Source of the DNA: Monocercomonoides exilis PA203
Taxonomy: Eukaryota; Protista; Preaxostyla
Assembly: GCA_001643675.2 (NCBI GenBank)
Contig: LSRY02000014.1
Location: 1,364,001 to 1,428,000, forward strand
Direction: 5' to 3'
Length of the DNA: 64,000 nucleotides
Of this stretch, positions 1-13,300 are shown piece by piece. A model generated the notes under the pieces. It ran no database searches and was not told the origin of the DNA. It saw nothing but the letters and a program-made list of their open reading frames with translations. A program made the position numbers and the translations under genes. Each line of letters starts with the position of its first letter. Positions within the stretch are counted from its first letter, which is position 1.

Positions 1-1185
1 CTTTGCTTTTCCTTTCGCTTTTCCATTCAAATCATAAACCATTTTCCAATGTCTTCATTTGTCTCGTTTTTTCTCTTTTGCATCATTCACAATTTTTTTT
101 GGAGGCATTCCATTCAATGCCATTCTTCTGTCCAACTTTGCAGCAAGCCTTCTTAGCGAACGGCTGTGAGGCGAAATTTGACTTTTCTTCTGAAAAAGAA
201 CTTATCAATGGAAAATGAATTAGAAGAAAGCCATTTGCATTCACCAAAACAGAAAATAAGAAATTGAAAAATTGTAATTAAAAGCAAACTTTGATTTCTC
301 AGCCACCAAAGGAAAATGGTAATTTGTTTAAAAAAAATGGTTGTTTTCTGATGAAAATGAATAATGTCAGTGATAAATCCAATGAAGATGGCACGAATCA
401 ATAAAACTGAAAGCCTGTGATAAAATAGAATAAAAAGAATGCTGGCAAAAGGTAATCCCAAGTGTGCATCTGGATGCATAAGCGCAGAAAACGGATGAAA
501 TTCAAGATTCTGAGTCTTGAAGCTTTGATGGATGAGGCTTTCAGAGGAATTCAAAAGAATAATGAGCATTTCACGAAGTCCACTGCCCTTTTGTTGAAAA
601 TACAAATAGGCTTTCAAATGGAACGATATGGGTGATTCCGCATCCTTCAATTGAATCACAGACATTTTCCATTTTCCTCATTTAAGTTTGCACTTTTCTT
701 TCTTTTGAGCGCATAACCCGAAGTAAATGTACTATTTTCCTTTTCCTGAGTGTGAGAGACGTTTGATTTTTTGTGTGTATTATCGCACTGAATGTTCAAA
801 TTGTTGCTGACACCAAAATCCTTTTCAGCAAAAAAATGCAAATTTTGAGTTTTAAGGCTTTGCTCGATTTGAAAATGTTTTTTCCACGATTTATGGTCAA
901 TTGCATCCCAGTTTTGAATTTGCCAATAAAGATGATAACGAAGAAAACGAAATAATTTATAAAATTGGTAAAAGATATCTTTCCACTCGATTTGGTTCAT
1001 CGAAACAACGTCCATTTATGCGATTTTTGATGGTAACTCCATTTTCTCGTAAAGCAGCACTCACTTCCGCTTTAATGGCAAAGATTTTGGAAATTAACTC
1101 TGAATGAAAGATTCTATTTTATTATGGGGAAACTGAATTTTTTGGATGAAACAAAAAACATACACAATTTCCATAATTTGGAAAA
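1..1185 (-). mobile_element. Degenerate dispersed repeat, probable MULE/Mutator-type transposase remnant (copy A, truncated by the window edge)
   Basis: Aligns colinearly with 58744-59881. The minus-strand translation IHQSFKTQNLEFHPFSALMHPDAHLGLPFASIL...CFGECKWLS resembles the MULE 'DxTFKTN..FPLF.....G.P.A..L' and 'CxFH' segments. It is frameshifted with stops. Confidence 0.5.
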
Positions 1186-1391
1186 GTGCAAGCTCGAATA
1201 AAACAAAAAAAAAAAATATTATCCTTTTTTAAATTTGTGGAATAATTGACAAATTTCAAAAAAAAGTTGCTATTGAAAATCCAGAATGCGAAGGGAGAAA
1301 TAAATATTTCTTTAATAATGAAATCTTTTTTTTTTTATTTTTATTTTTTTTTTAATTTTTTTTTTTTTTTTTTTTTTTTTCGAGGAAAATA

Positions 1392-2071
1392 CACCAATAA
1401 TTATTCAACATCGAAAAAGTTTAATTCAACATCGAAAATTCTTTATCATCAAAAAATTTGAAAAAAATTTAAAAATTCATGCTCATGTCAGTTTCTTTTA
1501 TTTCGAAGTTTTATTTGAGAAATTTGTCAATTTCAATTAGAAAAATATTTTTTGGCGTTTTTTGGTGTTTGAAAGTGTGAAATAGTGGAAATAGGATAAA
1601 ACTGAATTATTGTAAAACTCTTTTCAATTATTCGGGTGATTATAAGGAATTTGAGCAAAAAATAAAAGTGATAGGATAGTTCATGATCTTGTTTTTTGTG
1701 CAAAAAGACAGAAATTTTTTTCATTTTTGAAAACGTAATGTTTGGAATTTCATTTATTGCATTGGAAACTGATAAAATAAAACATTTTCAATCTTCAAAA
1801 TGAGAAAAGAATCGACTGATATCAGTCTTTATCATAGAAAACAGTAGTTAAAAACATAAGAAAATCATTTCCAATAATAAAACATTTGTTATTATCAACA
1901 TTTGTGTTAATGAAAATATTTTGGTTTTGACTTAAATTGAAATTTTGAACAAATAATCTTCTTTTTCGATTTAGAATTTAACATTTTCGATTTCGAATGA
2001 AAGTTTTCCGATTTCGAATAATAAATTTCGATGTTGTTTAAAACTTTTTCGATCTTGAATAATTTTTGGTG
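1392..2071. mobile_element. MITE-like non-autonomous DNA transposon with imperfect terminal inverted repeats
   Basis: The left end CACCAATAATTATTCAACATCGAAAAAGTTTAATTCAACATCGAAAATT matches the reverse complement of 2022-2071 (CACCAAAAATTATTCAAGATCGAAAAAGTTTTAAACAACATCGAAATTT). TA flanks both sides (1390-1391, 2072-2073). There are ~21-bp subterminal TTTCGAT repeats and no coding capacity. Confidence 0.6.
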
Positions 2072-2654
2072 TATGTGTGTGTGATTCAGAAATTTGAAAT
2101 AACCCTCTGATTTATTTTTTCACAAAAAATTATAAGTGTGTTATTCATTTTGATTTTGAATGGTTAATTTAAATATTTTTAACTCTCGTGGGATGAAATG
2201 TTGATTTTTTCTTTTCCCTCTAACGATTTGACATTGGCATTCCTAGTGTTCTCTGGAACATGAAACATTGAATTTCTCCATTCTGAACGTTGCTGTTGTG
2301 AATAATAAGCGGTAATGCATTATAATGTTATTATGTTTTATCATTTATGAATGATTATAATTATTGGGACCTGCAAAAATGAACTTGAATTTTTTTATGC
2401 GAATGCAAAGATTTCAATCTTTCCTGATAATTTTTCAACTCAATTTGAGAGACAAACGAATGAATAAAAAAATTCTCATGATGAAATAAAAAATGATTTT
2501 CATTAATAAAAATAAATTAAAATGAGAAATTTTCTTATAAAAACTCCCAAATGTTTAATTTCCAGATTCATAAGAATATGTCAGATTCTCATGAATTCAT
2601 TGTGATCAATCTGTTAAATTTGACCATGATACAGATCATCACATATTGAATGTT

Positions 2655-2692
<38 letters not shown>

Positions 2693-2751
2693 AATCAATT
2701 TATCAAAAGAATTTTGATTAATCACTTTTGATGAAATAACAAAACAACTAC

Positions 2752-2890
2752 AAATTTGACATTTTGATCAAATTTCTGTTCTTGCTCAAGTAATCTCACA
2801 AAAATGGAAATAAAAGCATTATCGAGCACTTATTTTCATTTCAGTGAGATTACATGAGCAGAACCAGAAATTTGATCAAAATTTCAATTT
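2752..2890. repeat. Long imperfect palindrome (foldback) with ~65-bp arms
   Basis: The left arm ATTTTGATCAAATTTCTGTTCTTGCTCAAGTAATCTCACAAAAATGGAAATAA pairs with the right arm TTATTTTCATTTCAGTGAGATTACATGAGCAGAACCAGAAATTTGATCAAAAT around a short loop near 2818-2825. Confidence 0.8.
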
Positions 2891-3950
2891 TCTGTTTTAT
2901 TGATGGAAAATACAAACTTTCAAGAATTTTTTGCACAATGCATTTATTTTTTTGAATCTCTCGTAACTTTTCAAACTTTTTCAGATTTCGAAATAAATTG
3001 GATTTTCATGTATGCAAATCAGAATCATTGTTACAATAACAGAAAGTTTTATGACCTCACATGTATTCCAAAAAATGAACCCATTTTATTCATGTTTTTT
3101 GATCACATAAGCTGTATCCACTGTGTATAATTTTTCAATAAAAATGATTTCAGAAATATATTTTGCAGCTTTTCATAAAAATAAACACAAGAAATCTTTC
3201 AGAAAAATTACTCATTTGTTTTTAAGAAACATTTAAAAGATAAGTTGCAAGCATTTATGATAAAATTTCCAATCTCTATGAACAAAAAAAAAGTAATTTT
3301 TTTAAGTAACTTTGAAAAAGGATAACACAAATATTTCTAAACTTTTTTTAATTGAAAAAATAGAAGCTTTATTTATAATTTGTTTCTCTTTATTCATTTT
3401 GGTTATTATTCAAAAATTATTAAAAAGAAATCATTAAAATCTTTTTAAAATTTTCGTATTTCATTTGGGACAGAATTCTTTCAGTTGTGAAAAAATCAAT
3501 GATTTGTTCCATATTGTTTCTGAAATCGTAGAATTATAATTCAGACATTATCGTGCAATCTTGAATATAGAAAAATAAAAAATCAAGAAAAATCTTTGAA
3601 AGAACTGTGTGGAACAATATTCATATAGCGAAAAATATCGTCCCATTTCATTATTTGAATGTTTTTTTTTTGTGAAATAATAAAGAAAAATATTTGAACA
3701 ATTCAAAGAATTTCAAAAGTTTATGTGGAAAAATATGACGAAAGAAAAATTGTCTTTTCAATTTGAATAAAGTCTAATATTTCGAAATTTTTTTGAAATA
3801 AAAATTTCAACAAATCGAACTTATTTGTTTCAATAAGTTTTCTCATGATAAAGAATGAAAAAAATATACACTTTTTGAAATATTTTATGTTTCCAAAATA
3901 ATCACATACATTCATTTGTGAAAATGTTTTCAGTGCAATATTCTATTACT

Positions 3951-3991
<41 letters not shown>

Positions 3992-4365
3992 AAAATAAAA
4001 TAAAATAAAATAAAAAAAAAAAAAATAAATAAACATAAACAAAATATACTAATTTTAATTAGTTAATTTAAAAAAAATAATATCACAATTAGCAAATAAA
4101 ACAAATTTAATTTATTAGTAATCAACACTTATGCCCTCGTCCAAAAAGAATATTTTCATCCATTCGAAACACAACATCGTCACGTCTTTGTAAGCTTTCA
4201 AATTATTATGAACAATAATTTCTGTATCAAAAAATAAATTTATAAACATAATTTGAAAGAAAGACATCTAAAAATTAACTAAAAGAATTGTAATTCTTCC
4301 AAAACTTAATATGTTTATAAAACAATAAAACAACAGAATTTTCAAAAAAAAATCAACAAGCTTTA

Positions 4366-5173
4366 TTAGTTATCTATTTCTTTAATTTCTCCCTTCTTCC
4401 TGGGATCTTCTCCCTCTTTAATAATAATTATGTTGTCCATTCTTCTTGGCATTGAAACTTTCTTAAAATCAGGAGAAGGATGTCCAATAGATAAAGACAT
4501 AACTAATGAATATATGACATATCAAGAAATAATAATAATTTTGTATAAAATGAAACCAAGATCAAGATTCGACGGTATACAAAGATATTCTCTGACAATT
4601 TCATTGCCAAACTGTCGTTTTGGAAAAGAAAATCTTAAATAACGAGAATTATTAATAAAACGAATAAAATTAAACCAGTTTTGTCAATGCACATGGGCAA
4701 GTACTTAGTCCAAACGATTCAGCTGCTAATAACATATTTTCAAACGCAATGCCAGCATCCACAAATTTTGTGAAATACCCATCAGTCCTCACAAAAATAT
4801 GGATCACTGTTGGGGCTCCATAAAAAATTCTTTCCAAAGCTCCTGCTGTGTCTATACCATCAAAACATGTTGGAAGTTGCTCAAGTGCTATTTTTTCAAT
4901 TTTCATTCCCATTTCAATGTTTAAATTTCTGTTTTGAATAAGATAAAAAACACATGGTTGAAGATTCCTTGCTGATACAGCAAGGCGCCCAGCATCAACA
5001 ATTTTCAACGCAATTTCTTCTGGGATTTGAAACGGTAAATACTAATATTTTATGCTATCTCATGAAAAGCTTCGAACGAAAGGATTAATATTACAAACTT
5101 TTCTGCAAGTCCTCCTATTTTTTATCAATTCTAATATTTCTGTTGTTTCTGTTTGACTTAATCGTGCAAGCAT
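4366..5173 (-). CDS. Nitroreductase family flavoprotein (4 exons)
   Basis: The spliced translation reads MLARLSQTETTEILELIKNRRTCRK|YLPFQIPEEIALKIVDAGRLAVSARNLQP...VDAGIAFENMLLAAESFGLSTCP...|FGNEIVREYLCIPSNLDL|VMSLSIGHPS...*. It carries the classic RRxxRxY, AxSxxNxQP and DxGxAxxNxxLAAxxxGL motifs. The first intron is 5042-5098. Confidence 0.85.
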
Positions 5174-5612
5174 ATCTTCTTTTTGTTCATTTTCGTTTTC
5201 TTTTAACGAGTTCATGTGCTTTATTTCAAAATTTTCAAAGATATCATTCCCATTCCTTTTTTCTTAAAAGAATAAAAAAATTTTTTTTTCGCAATATTCA
5301 AAGAAACTGAAAACAATCCAAATTTATTACAAATCCAAATATCTTAACGAAATAATTAATTTATTGAGATTTTCCTATATAATATATGAATGGATTATTC
5401 TTGCTGTTTTCAATATTAAAAAGCAAATATTTGATGAAAATAAAATACTACAAAAGAATGGGCGAATGAAAATACTGAAAAAATTCAAAAAAATATCAAC
5501 TTCAAAGATTTTTTGATCAAAATTCTTATGCAATTAAACTTCTTTAAAAAAATTGAGAAATTTCTAATTGATCCTTTTTTCAAATTTTGCAGTATGCAGA
5601 AATAGTAAAATA

Positions 5613-6434
5613 CTACGCTGTACTTGTACCATCTGCTCCGACAGATGGATCAGCATTTGAACCTGCATTTGATTCTTGTTCAATTTCAATTTCAACGGCA
5701 GGTTCCTGTTGAGATCCTCCAGCAGATTTTTGAGCATCATTATTAGCTGCAGGCTCTTCGTAATAAACTGGCTGGGCTGGCTGAGCAGGTTGCGCAGACT
5801 GTGCGGGCATTTCAGTTGATTTTGATGTTGATTGTGTTGTATTACCAGAAGGCTGGCTTTTTGCTCCAAGAAGAGGTCCTGGCTTCTCAACTTTATTTAT
5901 AAAGTGGAAAACAATATATACAACACCTATTATAAAATTGAAAAAAATTGAAATTTGAAAAAACATTGTAAAAAAAAACTATTTTGAAAAAGTATACCCA
6001 GAACAACAACCAATGATCCAAAAATGTAAACTGGAATATTAGCGCCTGACCAACAGATTACACCACAGCTATTAAAATATAAAAAATGTTAATTTGCTAA
6101 ATAAATAAATAAAAAAAGAAACAACAAACTATAAGATGTAGCAACCGTATCCCAACCAATTGTCCAATAAAGCGAAATTTTCCATGATAATTGCTGGACG
6201 GAACAGCACATATGTTACCAATATAACTCCAAATAATATAATAAATAGTGAGCTCACAAGACCTGAAAACAGTGTTTAAGAAATACTTTAAAATTCAAAA
6301 TATCATTTTTAATTCACACTTCCGAAATAAAAATTGCTAAAGAAATTGACTATGAACCAGCAAAGTCCACAACCACCAATGAAAACTCCAGCACAAATAT
6401 CAATTATGTTCAAAACAGTATCAATTCCAACCAT
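5613..6434 (-). CDS. Multi-pass membrane protein, COPI-associated/TVP15-like, with a Pro/Gln-rich tail (multi-exon)
   Basis: ATG at 6434 gives MVGIDTVLNIIDICAGVFIGGCGLCWFIVNF, followed by exons LFIILFGVILVTYVLFRPAIIMENFALLDNWLGYGCYIL and GVVYIVFHFINKVEKP. This resembles the TVP15 'F.FL..W.GRG.FY' pattern, with about four hydrophobic helices. Confidence 0.6.
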
Positions 6435-6663
6435 TGATTATTAATATATAAATTATGTATCTTTCATCCGAAACCCCTAATATGTAATAATATCTGTGAA
6501 TTTTTCTTCAAAAATTTCTCATTTCCATTTCTATTTCTACTATTTATTTATTTATTTATTTTGAAGCAAAAATTTTTACAAAAAACAAAATGCTGATGAA
6601 TATTAAAAAAAAAAATACTTAAATATTCATTGTTGTGAATAAATGAGAAAGTTAACATAAAAT

Positions 6664-7189
6664 TTAAATGCAATCACGTATCTTTTGTGCTAAAGCTGCA
6701 AGTTCTCCTTCTTTTGGTGAAAGAGAAGAAGTGGTAAATTTAAGTCCAAGTTCCTTTGATGAAGGATCTGATTCTTTTGGGATGAGATGAAAATGTGCAT
6801 GCATAACAACTTGTCCCGATGATGCTCCATTATTTTGCAAAATGTTAAAATCTAATTCCTTTCCCTTCATTTTTTCTAAGCCTATTGATATCTAACCAAA
6901 AATCAAACGTTTTTTAAAAAAATGTCAAAATTACCTTTTTCAAAGCAACTATCACTTCTGACAAGTAATCATCTGGAATATCCTTTATTTTTTGACCATG
7001 ACATTTTGGTATTACAAGGACATGACCTTCACTTGCAGGATTTAAATCTAAAAATGCAATTACTTTATTTGTTTCATATACTTTATTTGAGGGAATTTCC
7101 CCACTAGCAATCTTAAAATTTGAAATTAAAAATTAAATTTAAAATTAAAAACAAAAGCCAACTTTGCAAAATATGCAAGAATCTGACAT
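6664..7189 (-). CDS. HINT1: HIT family (HINT/Hnt1-like) nucleotide hydrolase (3 exons)
   Basis: MSDSCIFCK|IASGEIPSNKVYETNKVIAFLDLNPASEGHVLVIPK...ILQNNGASSGQVVMHAHFHLIP contains the CIFC motif, GHxLVIPK and the HxHxH triad. Confidence 0.9.
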
Positions 7190-7304
7190 TCAGAAATAAG
7201 CAAAATGATCAACCCCATGAATTTTAATTTTCCATTCATATACTATGGTTGGATCTTCTTATTTTTATCTTCCCTATTTTCCTGAGATATTTGAAGTTTT
7301 CAAC

Positions 7305-10300
7305 ATGAGCAATCCCCTTAATGCGGATCAATTTGAGCATGGTTCGCAGCAAATGCAGGAAAATACGCAATTACAGCAGGTTTCCCTTCGATCTTTCCTT
7401 GCCTTTTTCACCATATGCTTTGCTTAAACTTGTGTTTATATGCATTTATTTTCGTTATTTTCGTGCAACTAATATATTATAATGATAATGTTCAATTAAT
7501 GAATGAAATTTATTTGTTGTTAAATCTGATTTTTAATGATTTCGCAAATTTTATCCTTTTTCAATTTAAAGAATTTCCAAACACTGGATTCAACGGTTCC
7601 TGGGGACGAAATGGCGTGTCCACTACAAATGATTGAAACAGAACAAGGTATTTTCACTTTATTTATTTATGTTGTTAAAGTATTTTTTCTTTATTTTTCT
7701 CAGTATGTTCATTTTTTATTTGATTTCAGTGAATAGATAATTTTAACTGAATTGAAAATTGATATTTTGATGAATTATTACCTCAAATATATTTTAAATT
7801 AGAATCAATTCTATCCACGTCAAGGACAGTCGTTATCTGCTCAGTTACAAAAAACTGGACATCCATCTCTTTATCATTCATTAGGAGGATATTCACCATA
7901 TTTTGGTCCTCAATCATTTGATTCACCTATTCTTTTCGGAACGCCTCTTCAAACGTTAGCACCAACACCAAACACTTTTCTGAATGGGCATATAAATTCT
8001 CCAGGGCTCCAGACACCTCCAACACGTCTTTCAGGAGCGGACCCCTCATTGTTTTCTCCTTTACCATCATTATTTGGTGATAATGAAGATCATGCTTTCC
8101 AGTTTAATGAAACAACACATGGGTTCGATTTGCCAATGCTCCCATTTTCTTTTACACAAAAAAAACAGGGCCAACAAGCCTCTTCCTTAGCTCGTGCACA
8201 CACTACAAACAATGAAATCGGAGACCAAGTGTATTCTCCGCGAGGCGAATCTGAAGCATCACCTGTTCTTCCGCCTTCGTCGCCTCCTCCTTCGACGTCG
8301 TGTGTGCAGCTGACTTCCTGCGGAGACACCCACAGCGAGTTGAATTCCGGCATGCCGAAGTCCCATCACTCGCAGTCATCGCCTCCGGCTTCGTCAGATC
8401 TTATCTTCACCACACAAACAGGAGCTGAAGCAGAACTGACAGGAGCAGCAGCAGGAGCAGCAGGAGCAGCAGGAGCAGAAGGAGTTTCCGATATTTCTTC
8501 AGCAGGCGGAGAGAACCAAATGTCCACTTCGAATGTCACTTCACTCACTTCCCTGTCTTCTTCTCCCTCTTCTTCTACATCTTCTTCTTCTGCTTCCACT
8601 TCTCCTTCCTCCCAAAATCAGCCTGTCTCCCCCTCATCTGCACTGAACTACCCACGATCTTCATTCTCCTCTTTAATTTCTTCGCTCAGCTCGCCCTTCG
8701 ACTCCCAGTTCCCCAAGCCGACACTTCAGATACCCAATCAATCAGCTATTGGTGGAAGCAACATGTCTAACACTGCTAATACTGTAAATGCTTCTCATAA
8801 TTCGAATACTTCCCTTGCTTCTGCTGCGCAGCTGTCATTCTCCACCTCCCCCCGCAACCAGTTCATCACACCCGGAACCTCCCCTTCCTCCACCTTCATC
8901 ACATCAAGCTCTTCTCAGATGTCTGACCCGACCTCAGCCACTGGCACATACAGCTCCACGTCACCTTCTCCTTCGTCGTCGTCTTCTTCTCCCCCGTCTC
9001 GCGTCTCTACATTTTCTGGCTCTGGCTCAGGTTCTTCTTCACTCATTTCGCCTTTTTTTGCTCCGGAGCTTTCGTATGAGAACAGCCTGCAGACTGAAAA
9101 TGGGCTGTTTGGGATGGACTCCACGGGAAATATGCGAACGTCGCCTGCTTCTTTGCATGCGCTGTCGCCTCTGCCGCCACAGGCACACGGGCAGTTCATT
9201 CAAGGGCAAACCTCAGGAGTATACCAATCTTCTCAGTCTGTACAATCTTTGTCATCATCAGCATCATCATCTCCATCATCTTCCTCTTCTTCTTCCTCCT
9301 CCTCCTCTTCTTCTTCAGCAGCGTCTCCTTCCTCTCTGCTTGGCGCCGCTGCCTCGCAAAGCTCGTTTCTGTCTCAGCACTATTCACAAGGCGTCATCAG
9401 CACAGGAATGCCCAATTCAGCCCATCCTTCGTTCTCCTCCACCTCACCCACTATTTCCTCCTTATCCCCCTCAGCCTCTGTGTCTTCCTCATACATCGGC
9501 CATGGCTCCTCTGCTTCTCCCCCTCCTCTTCCTCCTTCTGCTTCTCTCTCTGCTTCTGCTTCTAATTCAATCTCTGCCTCTATTTCTGCCTCAATCTCAG
9601 CTATTGGCTCTGGCTCTATCTCTCTTTCTGGCCCTGAAGCAAGCTCTCAACAGATGGGAATGTCACACATTGCTTCTCTTCCATTCAAAAGCACTTTTTC
9701 CTCCGGTTCTGCAAGAATGCCCCATTACTCGCCAGATCGAGAGCCTTCTCTTTCTCCTTCGTTCTGCTCTGAACTGGGCATGAATCCTCAGCCACACTCG
9801 CCTTCTTCGCCTTCTTCTTCGCTTTCGTCTGCACTTTCTTCTGCGCTTTCATCTGCTTTTTCGTCTTCTCCTTTGCCTTCGCCATCTTCCCCGCCGCTTA
9901 CTGCATCTTCGCTGGGTGTATCATTTGACCGCTCTCCACAGCTGATTGTGTCGAAAGCAGAGGAAAGCCAGCAGATGCTGAGGGAGTCGATGCTGCTTAG
10001 ACATCAACATCAGCATCAGCATCAGAATCAGCATCAGAATCAACAACATCAGAGTCAGAATCAGAATCTCAGTCAGAGTCAACATTTGCATAGCCAACAC
10101 ACTCAACAGAGACAGAATGCACAGGGCAGTCAGAGCAGACAGCAGAATAGGCAGGCAATGAATCAACTTAATAATCTCAATCAATTCAATAGCCTCAATC
10201 AACAGCAAAATATACAAAACATCCAAAACATCCAACAACTGTCTCAACAGCAACAACAATCTCAACATCAGCATCAGCACCACAACATAGCCTATCATGA

Positions 10301-13300
10301 ACTAACCAGTGGCCCCAGCACAGCTGAGCGTATGATGTCGTCTGTCTCACCAATCCCTTCGCCTTTCTCTGCTTTTTCGTCTCCTGTGCTGTCTCAGACG
10401 TCTGACCAGGAGCACAGCATTCATCATTCATCACTTCTGAAGCGTTCGCCTGTTATATCATCAAACTATAGCATCTCATCTGCTTCTTCATCATCATCAT
10501 CTTCTTCTCCTTCGTCGTCGTCGTCGTCATCATCTTCTTCTTCTTCTTCAATTTCAACCTCATCCACCACTTCCACATCTTCACTGCAGACCTCTCAATC
10601 AGCTTCTCATTCAATTACTTCTCCTTCCTTTTTGCAGTCAACACATCGCTCTATCACACCAAATACATCATCATCATCATCATCATCATCTTCTTCTTCC
10701 TCATCATCTACAGCTCTTTCTCTCACAGCATCTTCCTCTTCCCTCTCCACCTCTTCCCTCTCTGCTGTGAAAGTTGCCTCTCCCAGGCCCTCCCATCTGA
10801 TTATCCCGTCTCTCTATGATGAAGACATCGAAGACAGCCAAGATGAAGGCATGCAGCGGAGAAGCAATGCTCTGTCTTCTTTCAATACACTCCATTCGAT
10901 GTCTGCCATGACTCATTTATCCTCCACACTGCATTCAATGGACGACTCACAGCTGAATGAAGCAGCCAGTTTCACAGGGAGAAGAGATTCAGACAACAGA
11001 AGAGAAGAAGAAGGCTCTGTGCTTGGCGGCATACCAAGCTGCTCAGAGGAAGGGGGAGTTGGTTCGTATACATCACCAATTTTAGGTATGAGAGATGAAT
11101 CGTCGTTTATGACACCTCAGCCTTCCCCTCCCGAGCATTCGGTGCAACCTTCACCTCCACCTCCTCTGTCGCATTCAACCCCGCTGTATCCATTGTCTGT
11201 GGGGAGAAGGAGAGATAACAGAGATGTGAGGGATATGAGGGATATAAGAGTCAGCAGAGAAAGGTTGCCTTTAGAATTAGAGGAGCAGCTGCAGATGAGA
11301 GGCGAATCGTCTCCTCTGATGCCGACGGCGGGTTCTTCTCTTTATTCTTCGCAGACGATGTATCAGTCCCCAGCCTCTTATGTGACCACAAGCTCAGCCT
11401 CGTCTTCGACAGCTGCTTTATCTTCACGCAATAACAGCGCAGGATCAATTAATGGCTCTGCTGTTTTGTCTTCTTCTGCTTCTGGTTCTTTTACTTCATC
11501 ATCATCATCATCATCTTCTTCTGGTTTGTTATCACCCCATTCATCTATTTCTGAGTCCAGCTTATCTGGTAGCAGCAGTAGTATCAGCAATATCAATAAC
11601 AACAATAACAATAACATGGATTATGTGCCTAAGCAGATACTGTCTCTGATTGATCCGGCGTTTGTGGAGCATCCAGATCCGTTCATCATCAGCAAGCATA
11701 ACAGCAATAATAATAATAATAATAATAACAGTAGTAATAGTAATAGTAATAGTAATATGAACAACAGTAATAACAGCAACATTTCAAATAATAATACAAA
11801 CATTAATGGAATCAATAACATCAGCTACAATAAAGCCCGATTAGAACTTGATCGCAACCCATCTGATCCGTTCCCCACCACTCCAACAGGAGCCCTTCAA
11901 TCTCCTTCTTCTTCTTCTCTTTTGTCATCTGGCGTTTCCCCTATCCCTTTCTCTCGCTCTCCTTCTATTTCAGCCTCCCCCTCCGCATCTGCCTCCGCCT
12001 CTGTTTCTGTCTCTGGCTCTTATCCGAACTCATCTTCTTCCTCTCCTTCCTTCACGCCCCGCACACTCCCGCCCGAAATGCTTGTATTCTCTTCGTCTCC
12101 TCTGCCTTCCCCAACCACACCCACTCCGCCTGCTGCGATGTCTGCAGGCCCACAGCGGCTGGGCAATGACATTCGGCTGAGTCAGTTTCTGGATGATGAG
12201 ATGGGGAAAACAACACCAAGGGACTTTTCAGGGCAGATGAAGATGGAGGAGCTCAATAGACTTGTGGAGAGCTGGAGGAGTGGGCAAGGTGTTGGAGAAA
12301 GGAGCCCTTCAATGTCATTGGGGAGGTTGAATGAGCTGATGAATGGGAGTGGCAGTGGCAGTAGTAAAATGAATGGTGTAAATGTTAATGTAAATGTTAG
12401 TGTTAGTGGCATAAGTGGAGGAGGAGGTAGTGGTGGAAGCAGTGGGCTTGGATTGAGCAACCAGCCAGGCTCAGCATACAACCGGAGCATGACAGCATCA
12501 CACTCACTGGAGCAGCTAAGATCAGCGTCATCGCCTGTGATGCATGCCTCTTTATCTCCTGTGGGGCTTATTCCGCCTCCGACATCACCTCCTCTTGCAA
12601 CTAGTGGAGGAGGGAGTGGAGGAAATGATGGTGGTGCTAATGGTGGTGGATTGCATTCACTGAAGTCAAGAAGCTCAGTGGGCAGTTCTCAGATGCTGTC
12701 ACCAACAGACTCATTCAACTCAATCTCAAATCTGTTTTCTGGTTCAACGTCTCCTCGGCCTCTGAACAGCTCTTCCTCATCTCCAGTGAATGTGAGCCAG
12801 CCTTCATTCACATCAGCGCTGAAAGTAACTTCCAAGTCATTTGTTCCTTCCCCCGCGTTTCAGGATGTAATCACAGGAAATATGGCAATGATATCAAGTG
12901 CAGGGAATAAGAGACACCAGAACAGAATGATGTATCAGGCAGCTGTGGGAGACGGACAGTCAGTTGGAATGCAGATGGCTGCAGATCCAATGGGATTTAA
13001 TACTTCTGCTTCTATTTCTGCCTCTTCTTCTCCATCGGAGCATTCGATTAACTCGTCCAGTGCGTTTGTGCAGTTATCACAGAATGTTACATCACCAGCC
13101 TCAGCAACTGCTGGCTCTGTATTGTTCCAGGCTTCATCTGCAGCAGCCTCTGCTGCTGCTTCAAATCCATCATCATCGTCATCCTCCTCCTCATCTGTTT
13201 TATTGCTATCACCCACTTCTCCTTCCTCTTCCTCACCTTCTTCTGTCTCTTCCCTCTTGAACAATGGCGCTTCTTCTCCTTCGAGCGATTCTTATCCACT

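Noticed and set aside
1963-2055. Regularly spaced TTTCGAT repeats as a CRISPR-like array
   Set aside because: The period is ~21 bp with no unique spacers, the context is eukaryotic, and they are explained as transposon subterminal repeats.
2658-4030. Long poly-T and poly-A runs as retroposon tails
   Set aside because: Such homopolymers occur throughout the intergenic DNA here, and no associated body or TSD was found.
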